NCBI RefSeq assembly: GCF_018977255.1 | Contig: NW_024704743.1 | Span: forward strand, 86,182,001 to 86,246,000 | From: Callorhinchus milii | Taxonomy: Eukaryota | Direction of reading: 5' to 3' | DNA length: 64,000 nt | Part shown: positions 1 through 12,048 of the stretch, one piece after another | Position numbering within the stretch: the stretch's first letter is position 1 | How the letters are laid out: every line of letters begins with the position of its first letter | Program-made: the position numbers and the translations under genes | The notes under the pieces: generated by a model | Database searches by the model: none | Told to the model about the DNA's origin: nothing | What the model saw: the letters and a program-made list of their open reading frames with translations, nothing else

Positions 1-242
1 GCCCTATCCTCTGACTCCATCCCGCATTCCCTCCACCTCGACCCCTTCCTAGTCTCCTTCAAGACCCATCTCAAGACCCTCCTCTTCGATCGTGCTTTTG
101 ATCACCCTGCTTCCCCCCAGGCCTACACCCTCCCCAATCCCGATACCCAGCTCGGGTCTGTAACACTGACGGTTCAGCGCCTTGGGACGTTCTCTCAATG
201 TGCAAGGTGCTATGCAAATGTAATTTTGTTGTTGTTGTTGTA
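1..242 (+). mobile_element. L2-type LINE 3' end with (GTT)n tail (similar tails at ~2440-2593, ~21130-21305)
   Basis: ccttcaagacccatctcaagaccctcctcttcgatcgtgcttttg...cagcgccttgggacg...gtgctatgcaaatgtaattttgttgttgttg. Confidence 0.75.
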
Positions 243-299
243 GTAAATCCTCCTGAAGTGAATGAAGCGTTTTCAGACATAATCCCTTAAAGAAAACTT

Positions 300-583
300 A
301 ACACACGCCTCTGTTTACCTAGCAGTAAGGAGGAACCCGGTTGTTAGTTGATTGGCGGATCACTTTCCGGGGGGTAATAATCTCTTCAAATTTAAAAAAA
401 TTATGTTGTTACTCAATCCACAACTGTTTGTGGGACACTGTTGTGCATAATTGACTGTTGGTTTCGCCCACAAAACACACACTTGACAGTCCACTTGACA
501 GTATAGCTTGTGAAACGCTTTGAGACGTTTCGACAACGTGATAAAGCGCTATATCAAATGCAAGGATTATTATTATTATTATT
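300..583 (+). mobile_element. 5'-truncated copy of the tRNA(Ala)-headed SINE
   Basis: Body and tail align by eye to 19500-19760. Confidence 0.8.
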
Positions 584-1746
584 ACCAAAATTTCCTGGCT
601 GACAAGTACCCACCAACACTACTCCTGAGTAGGACCAGTTTGAGGGATCTGGGGCACTAAACTAGATCACATTTTGGAGACCTTCGTACTAACCAGGCAA
701 AATATGCAACAATTTTTTTTTGTGGATGACAGACATAGCAACGTAGCAAGACATTTTAAGAGCGTGTAAAGTTGTAATTGACATGATTGATAAAAGCGGA
801 TAAAAAAGCTGATTTACCTATCATTTCCAAGACAAAATGTCACAAGAACATCAGCAATGGGGGGGTTTGCACATCAATAATGTTGTTAATATTGACAGAT
901 GGGTAGACAACCAGTCAACAGCGATTTTAAAATGACCTGAGAGAATACAGAATCATAGAATGCTACAGTTTAGAAAAAGACCACGCAGCTCATCAAATCT
1001 GCATTGATGCATTACTTCTCTCAACCAGCACATAGAAACATATGTATACATAATATCTATGTAATAATAACATGCCCCCCAATTTTTTGTGGAAAAGCAA
1101 GCGCAAAACATTCCTTTCCTGTTCCAAATCACTGTTTGGGAGCCCAGTCAGCCGTGTAAAGTACTTTGAGGCATCCTCCCGATGTGAAAGGTGTTATAGA
1201 AATATAAATTGTGTTGTTTTATTGCATTGTAAAACTCTAATGTATATTACCAGGCTTTCCATTTTTTGTTGTTTGAACAAAGTCCCCAAATTGACAGCTC
1301 TATCAATCTCTGTTGAATTTTCCATGGCTATTGCAGTAACTTTAATGTTGTGCCCCCTCCCTCCCCTCCATCTAATTTTATAGCTTCCCTTATATTTTGT
1401 TTTGGATTTTGGATGACCTAATTACCATATAATTGAGAAAGAAAGTGAATCACTGGCTAGTAATTACTATATCATATTGAATTCTTTCTTACATGGTCAG
1501 CACTAGGAAAGGACAAACTATCTATTTTCAGGGTCAAGACATGCCCAATCTGAGGTAAGTGTCTGTCTTAAATCTTGAAAGCCAAAATTTGAGTCAAGCC
1601 ACATAAAACAGAACTGAAAATCTTGCTGGCAAAAACACTAGAGAGAAAGGAGGATTGTGAATTAAGGTTGCGGTCAGATCTGGTTGGTCATTCGTACACT
1701 CAGCCCCGACCGTCACTGTAAACTCAACTCCGTCAATTGCTTGCTT

Positions 1747-1934
<188 letters not shown>

Positions 1935-3199
1935 ATGTTGCATTACTTTCTTTTCTTCCTCCTTTCTTTTGTTTTCTTTTCTTCACGAATCTTTCCTTCC
2001 AAATGCAATTGATTTTCACACCTAAACCAAAATGAAATTGTCACTTGAATTAAATGTATTCTGCCGTATGTATATAAAATTTAAATGTAACCTTATTTGT
2101 GTGAATTGCTGTATTCATGTGTGGACATAGAGAGAGATCAACCATGAGTTCAGCTCAATTTGCGATCAAACATAGAATCATCCTGGTCTGCATGACTCAG
2201 ACTGCATATCTCAATATCAAACCACAGAAATGTCCCATAATTAGCCATGAATGACCAATTTTATTTGGGGGATTGTTCGCCAGGACATTTGTTAGTCTGC
2301 AGCTTGTGTAGAGAAGAGCTGGGGAGTCTGGTGAGCAGAGCATTGGTAGAATCAATCTTGAACTGATGTGTTTAGCCCATAAAATATAATCAATTCACTT
2401 TGCATTGTATTTTGTGAAGTGCTTTCAGACTTCTCTTAGACCGTGCCTTCGGTCACCCACCTACCCTACCCGCACCACCCTCCACCTCTCCTGACAGCAA
2501 CCACCAGCTCGGGTCAGATCCCTGATTGTCCAGCGCCTTAGGACATCCTCCCCACGTGAAAGGCACTATACAAATGTAATTGTTATTGTTGTTGGACAAA
2601 AAGGTCACAGCCTCAGGTTCATGAAGGACAAGGTTAGGTAGGACAGGTACCAGTAAGTATTTTCTTATACAGAGAGTAATCAGAAGCTGTAACACATTAC
2701 CAGGAGGGGTGGCTAAGATATTACATTTAGCTGCAGACTAACAAAAACTCTGCAGTCCATGTCCTCTCCCGCACCAGACCTAGGCTCCACTGACTCCACA
2801 TCCCCCAGCAGATAAAGGTTAAGATCCTCATTCTTCAGGTTTAAATCCTTCCTTAAACCATACCGACATGGTTGCTCCCTTCACTCAGTGAACACTAGCC
2901 TGCTTTAGATCCCCCGCACTATCCACCCTGCTATCAGTGGGCATGGAAATCCAACTTTGGGCTTCTCTGGCTTGCTCCCTCCATCCTCCTTGCTTTGACC
3001 ATATTTTCAATCATCTTTCCCCTCCTCATCCCTCTCAGCTCCCACACTCAGCTCAGGTGACCAGCCAGCATTGTCAAGAACCTTGAGACATCCTCCTGAT
3101 TTGAAGGGTTCTCTACAAGTGTAAATTGTAAAATTACTGCTTTAGCATATCTGAAAATATTGCCCTGTGTTTACTTACTCTATTTAGAATATTAAGTCC

Positions 3200-3600
3200 C
3201 CTTAGCAGATTTATTTTTAAGGTTTTAAGATGAGTTTATCCAAGCATACCTATCGGTTCATTCCACTAAAACTGTGATGAGCCAAATTGCTCTCTTCTGT
3301 ACTACCTCGAGGATTATGGTAGCCCCCTTTACTTTTCAGCAAGCACAAATATACACAGCCTGACCAGAGTACTGCACAGTTTGAGTAGGATTTAGGGATT
3401 TGAAATTAACTACTTTGGCAGTGAAGTCCAGTACCCTGCTTGATTTGTTTATTGCTGTCTCACATTGTTTGGCAAGTGAGCAACAGCCAACTAATACCCT
3501 TAAGTCTCTTTCAACTTTCCCCATCATAATTTCTATTCCTTCCATGAAGTTCCTCTGATAGCTATTTTTGCTTCCTTTATTCAATACCTTGCATCTACTG
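3200..3600 (-). mobile_element. Degenerate CR1-like ORF2 fragment (another at ~4480-4620, DWKQANVVPIFK)
   Basis: The minus-strand ORF contains ERDLRVLV...QCETAINKSSRVL, resembling the CR1 post-RT region. Confidence 0.55.
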
Positions 3601-3604
3601 GCAT

Positions 3605-3942
3605 CTGTTGCTTAGTGGTCAGAGTACTTGCCTCGCAAGCAAGAGGACCTGTGAACGATTCATGGGCAGGGCAAAACATTTCCTTACTCCATATGCCTCT
3701 GGTTACCAAACAAAAAGTAGGAACTCGGTTGTTAGTCGATTGGGGGAATTGCTTTTCTGGGGGTAATAAACCCCTTTTTTAAAAATTTGGTCACTCAATC
3801 CATGACTTTTTGTGGGACACTGCTGTATGCCATTGGCTGATGCGTTTTGCCCATAAAATATGGAGTCAGTTTACTTTGTGAAGCTCTTAGAGATGTCTCG
3901 AAGATGTGATAAGGCACTATATTAAATGCAGGGATATTATTT
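3605..3942 (+). mobile_element. tRNA(Ala)-headed SINE copy
   Basis: Head gcttagtggtcagagtacttgcctcgcaagcaag followed by the same body and tail. Confidence 0.8.
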
Positions 3943-4649
3943 ATCTACCTGGAACTTTGTTTGCTTGTGATCGGACCAGCTGCAGAGTCTGTCAAAATAT
4001 ATTAACTTTCCTAAAATAACCCTTCCATTTGATAGAGCGCTTTTCACATCGGGAGAATGTCTCAAAGTGCTTCACAAGATTTACTGTAATGCAAATGACT
4101 GTGCATTTTGCTGGCAATTGCTTTAATTGTAAAATGCACAGAGTACTGCGAAAGGAAACAGTTTACCCTTTATACTTGGCATCATCTTGTAAAGGAGTTT
4201 CTAGCACTTTATCAAAACCCTTTTGGAAATCTAGACACATTACTTCATATAGATTATTGCTCTCAATTTGAGAATCCATCTTCTCAAAAAAGCCTGTGAG
4301 CGAAGGTTAAGCAGGTCAAGTGAGATCTGCCCATTCTGAAACTGTGTTGGCCAAATAAACGTATTTCCATTTTACTTCTGATTATTGATTCCATTAGTTT
4401 TTGAACCATTGAGGCCAGGCTCAACATTCAAGAACTAATGGAACCAATAATCAGAAGTAAAATGGAAATAACCTAATATGAATCTGTTGTTGCCAGGTAT
4501 TGTGCTGTCAACTCTCTTGAATATGGGAACCACATTTGCTTGTTTCCAATCTATCAGACCATCGTAACTTGGATCGAGTTCCTCCAAATCACATGCAGTG
4601 CTTCCCAACTTCCTTCCTTGCTTCTCTGACAAAACTGATGAAGAACTGA

Positions 4650-4788
4650 CATTCTGATGAAGGGTTGTGGACCCGAAACGTTGACTCACATTCCTTTCTC
4701 CATAGATGCTGCCTGACCTGCTGAGTTTTCTCAGCTCTCTCTGCTTTTGTTTCAGATTTCCAACATCTGCAGTATTTTGTGTTTTGTC
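4650..4788 (+). mobile_element. Penelope-like retroelement terminal (pLTR) fragment
   Basis: ctgatgaagggttgtggacccgaaacgttgactc...ctccatagatgctgcctgacctgctgag...tttcagatttccaacatctgcagtattttg; the same sequence occurs at 25425-25560 next to GIY-YIG coding remnants. Confidence 0.75.
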
Positions 4789-6873
4789 CATCCTTTACTG
4801 TTCTTCCTATCTTTCTGAAACCCTTGTACACATCTTGTACTAAATGTATTCAATTCAGATTTCTGATTCTTATATTGTTTTATTGTTATACTTCCATCAT
4901 TTTATTCTGGTTGCTTATGGTATTTATTGTATACTAGCAAATGTGTGTTTTTGCTCCTTGAACCGCTTACCTTGTCTTTGGGTCTTTCCTTGAACGTTTT
5001 GCAATTGACTCAATTCATTTTTCACAATCTGTTTTCTCTCCTGAGTTTTATCTTTACCGCTGTGATCTTCTCTAGTTTCACACTTTTGCTCGTCCCCTTC
5101 CGCTTGCCAAACTCAGGCCTGCTGCACATTCCCATCCTCTCTGTCCCACCATCAGGGATCAAGCCTTCAGCCACTATGGAACTTTCCAGTGGAACTCATT
5201 CCCTCATCCATTCAATATCAGCCCCATCTATCTTCGAAAAAAAATATCTTACAACCTACCTCTTTGACTATCCCTACAGTCACCTCCTTCCTGCCTCACC
5301 CCATTCAGTGTCTGTCACTGTTAAGTGTATGAGACGTTAGTCTAGGTGAACAGTCAATTCTCTTTACAGTATATTCAGGGAAGCGGTTTGAGACATTTCG
5401 AAGACATTATAAGGTGCTATATCAAATGAAATAATTATTATCCTATGTTGCTGTTGTTGTTGAACTTCAACTATTCCTCTCTCCACCTCCCTGAGATTTG
5501 AACTTTCCTACACGTAAAGTGATACGTGATGACTGGAGTGGCCACCATTCATTATATTTGTTCATATATTTGTAGTAGTTTTAATGTAACAACTACTTGC
5601 ACTTGTATAGAGACTTTCACATAGGATTAAATGTTTCAAAGTGCTTCACACTGAACAGGGAGGAGGGGAAAGGAGAATTTCAGGATTTTATAACAATAAT
5701 CCTTGTGTTTGATATATCTCATGGGAGGATGTTTCAAAGTGCTTTACAGGATAGCATGAGTGTAATGACTGCATTTGTATTTGTAAGTACACAGGGCAGC
5801 CAATTTGCACATAACACTATCCCAAAAACAGCCATGAAATGAATGACCAATATTATACTGGGGCAGTGTTGGGCCAGTGATTATCTCAGAAAGTTTTGAA
5901 GACAGGGAGGGAAGAAGCAAAGGATCAGGTGTTGCTGCTCTCTGATATTTTAATATGACCCATTATTAAGCAATGGAAAGTTAATGCTTACAGAGGTGAG
6001 TTGCTGATTTTGTCTATTTTGTATTATTGGTATTGGGTTAATTATTTTAACAAGTATACGACGTGTCAGCCTTGGACAGCAGCACAGAGCAGGGATATTT
6101 TCCCAGCAGAAGGTGACACTGCTGGGGGTCAGGTTTAACATATCCATCTCCAGCCAATTCCCTCCAGGACTACGATTTGGAAAGTTGGGCTATGTGCCTA
6201 CTTTCTATTTACACTGGCTAACAGGCTGCTTCACCAGGTCACGTCTCGTCGTCTCAATTGCTTCGGGCCACCTCGGGTTTCACACTCCTACACTTCTTTT
6301 GTCCAGAATCTCGAGGTGACATCTCACTTCTACATATCAGAGACAATCTGAGATTGGGTTCAAACAGAGGGATGCGCTGAGAACATGAATAAACGGAAGG
6401 AGGCTGTGATTTATGTCTCTCTCTCTCACACACACACACACATATGATGTGGAATTGTCTTGGTTGGATTTGCAATAGGGGAATGCGGAAGGGCTGGAGG
6501 TTGCCCAGAGTTGGTCAATCACTGAAACACACACACACACAGATCTGAGCTCTCTCTACTGTCTCATAAGTTGTCCCTCAATTGCTCCCGTCTCGCAGCT
6601 TTGCTCGTTTTCTTGCAGAATGTCCCTCGGTGCCTTTCCCCAGCGTCCCTTAGCAGGAAGATCATATCACCCCTACAGTCCCACTTTGTCACCTCCTCTG
6701 TGCACCACAAAGCGGTCATTATTTATGTCTCGTCTGATCGACCCAGTACACAGCACAGTGCAGTTATGTTGGTGCCTTCCTGCGATCGCCCTGTCGTGTG
6801 CACAAGATAAATCGCATTCTCTCCAAGTGCACTTATCGAATGGCTCTTTTTTTTGTTCCAAGAAAAAAAATCT

Positions 6874-7105
6874 TAACTTTCTTATCTGATAGGGGTGTGT
6901 GTGTGTCTGTGTCGGAGGGGATTATTAACCAGCTCTCTGCTGCCGTTGAACCACAGGGGGTTGCTTAAGGCACATCCTAACCTTCTTATCTAATGGGTGT
7001 GTGTGTCTGGGGGTGGGGTGGGGGGAGAGAGAGAGAGAGAGAGAGGGGGTTATTAACCAACTCTCTGCTGCCGTTGAACCACAGGGGTTTGCTTAAGGCA
7101 CATCC
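6874..7105. repeat. Two-copy tandem duplication (6874-6977 and 6978-7105)
   Basis: Both copies read taac(t/c)ttcttatct...ttattaacca(g/a)ctctctgctgccgttgaaccacagggg(g/t)ttgcttaaggcacatcc and differ mainly in an internal GT/GA microsatellite. Confidence 0.93.
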
Positions 7106-7634
7106 CGTCTGGGAGCTTCACTCTTTCAAATGCCTGTCCAGGCATTTAACAAATGCTTTCTGTGGGACAAATGTGGGTCAGATGCAGCCGATGCTATAGG
7201 TAGATGTGGGGGAATGCAGATTATTGCAACGCTTCCAGACAGAAGTACAGATCCTGTCTTGTACTTTTATCAATATACGTGTGAAAGCTATACTGCAAAG
7301 TGTGTGTGTGTGTGTGGGGGGGGGGGGGTTAAACAAATCCACTACGATTTTCAAGATAAAACTCTTGGAAGTTTTGATTTTTTTTCTCTACCCTGACCCA
7401 AATTAAAATTTGCAGCTCAGGAGATTGTTTACTTCACAGGGTTTTTTTCTTTGGCTGGAAATGGAAATAAATGGTGCAGTTCTAGATCTCGTGGGCGAAA
7501 GGCAAACAAACACGTGGCTTTGCTCTTTTAAAAAAAAACTGTGTTTTGATTTTCTTAATATTATATGCAAAAAATTGTTTTTGTCGTGAGAATAGATCGG
7601 GATCACGACAGCATTAACTGTAACTTGTACTGTA

Positions 7635-7818
7635 TCTCTCCCTCCTCTCTCCCTCCCTCCCTCCTCTCTCCCTCCCTCCCCCTCCTCTCTCCCTCCCTCC
7701 CTCCCCCTCCTCTCTCCCTCCCCTCCTCTCTCCCTCCCTCCCTCCTCTCTCCCTCCCTCCCTCCCCTCCTCTCTCCCTCCCTCTCCTCCCTCCCTCCTCT
7801 CCTCCCTCCCTCCCTCCC
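7635..7818. repeat. Pure C/T low-complexity tract (CTCC/CCT units)
   Basis: About 180 nt with no purines on the + strand. Confidence 0.95.
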
Positions 7819-10229
7819 ACGCCATTCCCCTCGCACACATTTTGGATAAGAGTTTGCAATCGCAATTTTTAACACGATCTTTGCTTTGAGAGAGAAAAAA
7901 AGTTCGAGGAAGTCGGCGGATTTCTCACCCCCTCCCACCCCCCCCCCCCCCCCAACCACCCCCACACTCACCCAGGCGGCTATGTCCTCCCTTCATCTCA
8001 GAGAGCAAGTGATTCAGGAGAGGGGAGGGGAGGGGGGAAAGCATCAGTCACTCCACTTACTGCCTCTCAAGGCAGCACTTAGTTACTGGAACTCGATTGA
8101 ATTTGCTGTAATGATTCTCCTTTGTGAGTGCACTTGTCCTTACGATCCGCACCGCAGCGATCGTTTCAAATAACTTATCCCCAACGCAACGCAACACAAC
8201 ACAGGGCAACACGTTGAGAAAGTCCAGATTAAAGACGTTGCATTTTTTTTTGAACCCCCCCCCCCCCCACCACCAACAAAAAACGAATTGCTTTGCGTGT
8301 CTTAATTCCAGCGAATTGCACCCAAACAGCTCTCCGTGTGGGAGACACGAAACCATAATAAAAACACTAATAATGTTCATTTGTTTCCCTGATTTCGATA
8401 TGACTGCAGTTTTGTGTATTTAATCGTGTATTGTAAACACACATACGCTCTGTGCAGAATTCGCCGAGAGTGGGTTGTGTGTAGGAATTCCGTGAAGATT
8501 TCCAAAGAATTAAATCACGTAAAAGGTTTGATCCCGAGTGCAACGTGAAGGATGAACAAAAACTGGGAGCTACAGTGGGGAAGTGCCTGTAGGTACAGAT
8601 GGCCCTGGATTTCTAACACGATCTGTGTTAGGATTAGTCAAACATGTAGTTTGGTTTGATTCTCTCTCTCTCTCTTTCGACTCCCTCACTGATCCTACAA
8701 TCCACACTTACTCAGCCCCCGGCTCCTGTCTTAAAAAACCTTTCCCGATCTCCCAAACCTTGCAGGAAAACACATTACGTGGTTCCCTCACTGCCACTGT
8801 CATTTTTTTCCCCCCGTTCCGATCGTGGGACTCTGCAAACACGCACACACATAACTGCCTCACATCGACCCGTGTCCACAAGGAGTAAGCCATAACCCGC
8901 ACAAGTCTCATTCCTTGGCGTAGGAAGTTTGCAACGTGTAGACAGAGACTGGTTCAGTGCCAGTGTGGGATAGCGATTCAGATGCGAAGCAGCGTTAAAC
9001 CAGTGTTTAATCTACAAGTATGTGTTATGTTGCGGTCACGGGGACCTGCCAACAACTGCAGATATTAAAGGGATGTGGACATATGATTTATTAATGATCT
9101 TGAAACCGGTGAACAACGTAACCGGCATCGAGATACTTGTGATTCACTGAGAGCAGACATGGTAATGCTCGTGTCAGAGCTGTCACCGTGAAACGCTTCA
9201 CTTTTGCCTTCTGGTTATGATTTAGTTACCAGTCTTTCAGCGCGTTACTGCGAACACATCCTTACAAGTTAATTGAGAGCGCCTTTGGGGTCGGGTGGAC
9301 GTCTCAAAGTGTTTGGAAGAACCCCCTCTGTAAAGTGATGTGACTGTATTTTTGTAGGTGAGCACAGCAGCCAATTTGCACGTAACGACACCTCACAGGC
9401 AGTCGGGGATGGAGAGCCTGACCACTTTTTATTGGGGGGTGGGGGGGGGGGGGTTGGTCAGGATACCACAAACTCCCTCCTCAGTGATCAATAATCACCC
9501 ATCAACAGACCTTCAACACCAACCAGCCAACAGCCCGATTCGTTTGAGTTATTCTCGGGTCAGTTAACCGGTCACCATCAAGTTTGTGTGTTTTTTTTGT
9601 TGCAAAAGAATAAAGTGCATCGTTTCAAATGATGGTTCGCCTTAAAAACGTCGACGCAAATCGGTAAGAATAGAGCGGCGCAAAAGCTTTCACCTTTGAT
9701 ACACGTGTTGCAGTGCGGTGCGGTCTGGTTGCAGGGATGGAGGCATATCTGAGAGGGTTATTCCGGGCTGATCGGCTTCCAGTGTTTCTCTCGGGAGAGA
9801 CTGTTGGTGTGTGAGAGCCTCGTCGTGAGAAAGTGCGGTGACGGGCAATAGTCCCACAAGGCAAACCCTGCGCTGCGATCGCCTTGTGCCATTTTACTCA
9901 AAGAGCATCACAACAGCTTCGTAACAGTGCCCGGACTTGGCGATTTATTTATTGTGCAGCGCTTTCTGGTCTTGATGAATGGGTTGAGAAGTGTTGCCAA
10001 TGGGGGCTGGAGGGGGAGGGGGAGAGAGAGAGGAGGGAGGGGAGGTGGAGTGGAGTGGGTGGGTGGGTGGGGGGGGGGGATCATTTGCGGCGTTAGGACC
10101 CCACGGAAGCTGTGTGGGAAGTTTGCTGCAGGCAGGAGCTGTGCTGTGGATGAGACGGGAGCACAGCACCCCCTATTAGGTTTCAAAAGCAACGCGTTTT
10201 CTCTCTCTCTCCCTCCCTCTCTCTCTCTC

Positions 10230-10261
<32 letters not shown>

Positions 10262-10334
10262 ACGTCGTGCCCTTTGCTTCCCCCTTCGGCTGAACCTGAG
10301 CTGCCATTTATACCGTAAGGGTTGAACGTCATCG

Positions 10335-10585
10335 CTGAAAGCATTACAAGAGGCAGCGGACAACATCAGGGGCACCAGTGGTACTGTGCAGTCACTGAGC
10401 TCCAGCCACCAGCTCTCTCTCTCTCCCTCTCTCCACTTACTCATCTACAGGACAAGACCCACTCACTCCTTCCTTCCCTCCCAAACCATATCCCTTCTCC
10501 CCCCTCCAAACGAGCACCTTTTTTTCCCCCCCAATTCCCTCCTTTCTGAACCCAACGCGGATCTGCTAATATTTGGCTCTTCCCA
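10335..10585 (+). other. RSPO2: Probable non-coding RSPO2 exon 1 (5' end uncertain)
   Basis: Donor-like cca|gtaaga at 10586 and a TATA-like TTTATA at 10307-10312 just upstream, inside the CpG-rich region. The transcription start is inferred, not observed. Confidence 0.4.
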
Positions 10586-11245
10586 GTAAGAGGAATTCAG
10601 ATTTTTTCTTTGCTCGTCTCCTTCCTCCCCCCTCCTCCCCCCCCCCCAACACCACCCATTCCTCCTCCACTCCTCTTCTCCACACTGCTCCTCGTGGAAT
10701 AATGTCTTGGGGGTTTGATTCTGTCAGAAACTTCCAACGTGTTCACTGACTGATGAATTGGAGGACACAGCTCACCTACAGGGATACAGTCTGCGGTGAG
10801 GCAGATGCATCTGCAGAGGTAATACTGTTTCAGACGCTCTCTTGAAAACACGTGCGGTTTATTTCTCGAGTTGTTTGCAATCGGACTGAAAGCAATGTGC
10901 TGAGCCGTATCCTTACGATCGCGATGGCGTGTAATCCGTAAAGGTATATCGTTGCTGTAAATAATGATGTCAATCCAATAATCCATTGGGCGCGATCGAT
11001 ATTACGAACCTTGAATTTCCAAGGAACTCGTTTCACTGTCTGTGATTCAATTCCAATAAAGCATTTGGCAATTGCCACGATTTCATTTGCTATTAGCTCA
11101 TTCCTCAACGGGATAGAGAATTTTTTTCTAGTGTGATTATTTATAGCTGCTTATCTTAAAATGTCTCTGTGTCGTTTCTTCCATCCCCCGCCCACCACCC
11201 CTCCATCTCTCCCTCCCTCCCTCCCTCCCTCCTCTCTTTCTCCAG

Positions 11246-11517
11246 GTCCGCAATCGCTTTAACATTCGCCCTGAGCGAGGGTGGTCACCGCTCTGAAACA
11301 TGTCTGGAGGCTTAGGTGTGAAAGTAGAGAGCTCCCCGTCCCATGTGTGAACAGCCGGACACACACCCGGAGTCTGAACTCATTGCTTTGACTGCCGAGC
11401 AGGCGTTTGGACACACAGCACAAGCCTTTGCCCTGTCTCAGAGATCCCCCATCCTCGGCAAAGGGGCAGTGATCTGCTGAGGTGCAGTGTAACTAATTCC
11501 CAAATCCAATGGCACAG
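11246..11517 (+). other. RSPO2: RSPO2 5'UTR portion of the first coding exon
   Basis: A long polypyrimidine tract ending ctctttctccag| at 11245 precedes the start codon. Vertebrate RSPO2 starts translation in exon 2. Confidence 0.7.
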
Positions 11518-11611
11518 ATGCATTTTCGACTTTTCTCCTTTGCGCTGGTCCTGCTGAACTGTATGGATTACGGATACTGTCAAAGTAATCGAGGGAAACG
11601 CAACAAGCGAG
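11518..11611 (+). CDS. RSPO2: R-spondin 2, first coding exon (signal peptide + basic RNKR motif): MHFRLFSFALVLLNCMDYGYCQSNRGKRNKR
   Basis: Manual translation closely matches the vertebrate RSPO2 N-terminus (human MQFRLFSFALIILNCMDYSHCQGNRWRRSKR, from memory). 94 nt, followed by donor GTTAGT at 11612 (phase 1). An in-frame ATG 9 nt upstream (11509) could add MAQ. Confidence 0.96.
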
Positions 11612-12017
11612 GTTAGTAACGGGGTGTGCAGCTCAGGGGGGGTGTGGGGGAGGGGGGGGGGGGAGGGCTCTCTACCCTTTCCTTGGCTACACTTCTGACT
11701 TTACTGTGCTATTTCGCAAACCCCATCCACAAACCCACCCGCTCTGTTTTCAAATAAAGAAAAACACAACTCCGCCACATCGAGAACTGTTTCGTTGACA
11801 CTGTTTTAACTCCGCAAAATCTTCCCCACTCGCTCACTCACTCACTCACTCACTCTTCGAGCACTGTAACCCACATCGGTTTATAACCAGCCCCGAAAAA
11901 GACGGAGCTAAAGCGGATCTCATCGATTTAGGCGACAGTTTTATCTTGAATTCCTAATGGCACCGTTATTGCACAGAATAATCCCCCCCACCCCCTCCCC
12001 ACCCCCCCCCCCCCCCA

Positions 12018-12048
<31 letters not shown>

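Noticed and set aside
7403..7971. Several Gly/Glu/Arg- or Pro/Ser/Leu-rich ORFs
   Set aside because: Artefacts of the C/T low-complexity tract.
6407..9091. Pbx-Hox-like TGATTTAT motifs at 6407 and 9084
   Set aside because: 8-mers are expected by chance in AT-rich DNA and are unsupported without conservation data.
9908..10444. Longest ORF in the track (178 aa, minus strand)
   Set aside because: Runs through promoter microsatellites and G/C runs, with no recognisable domain.
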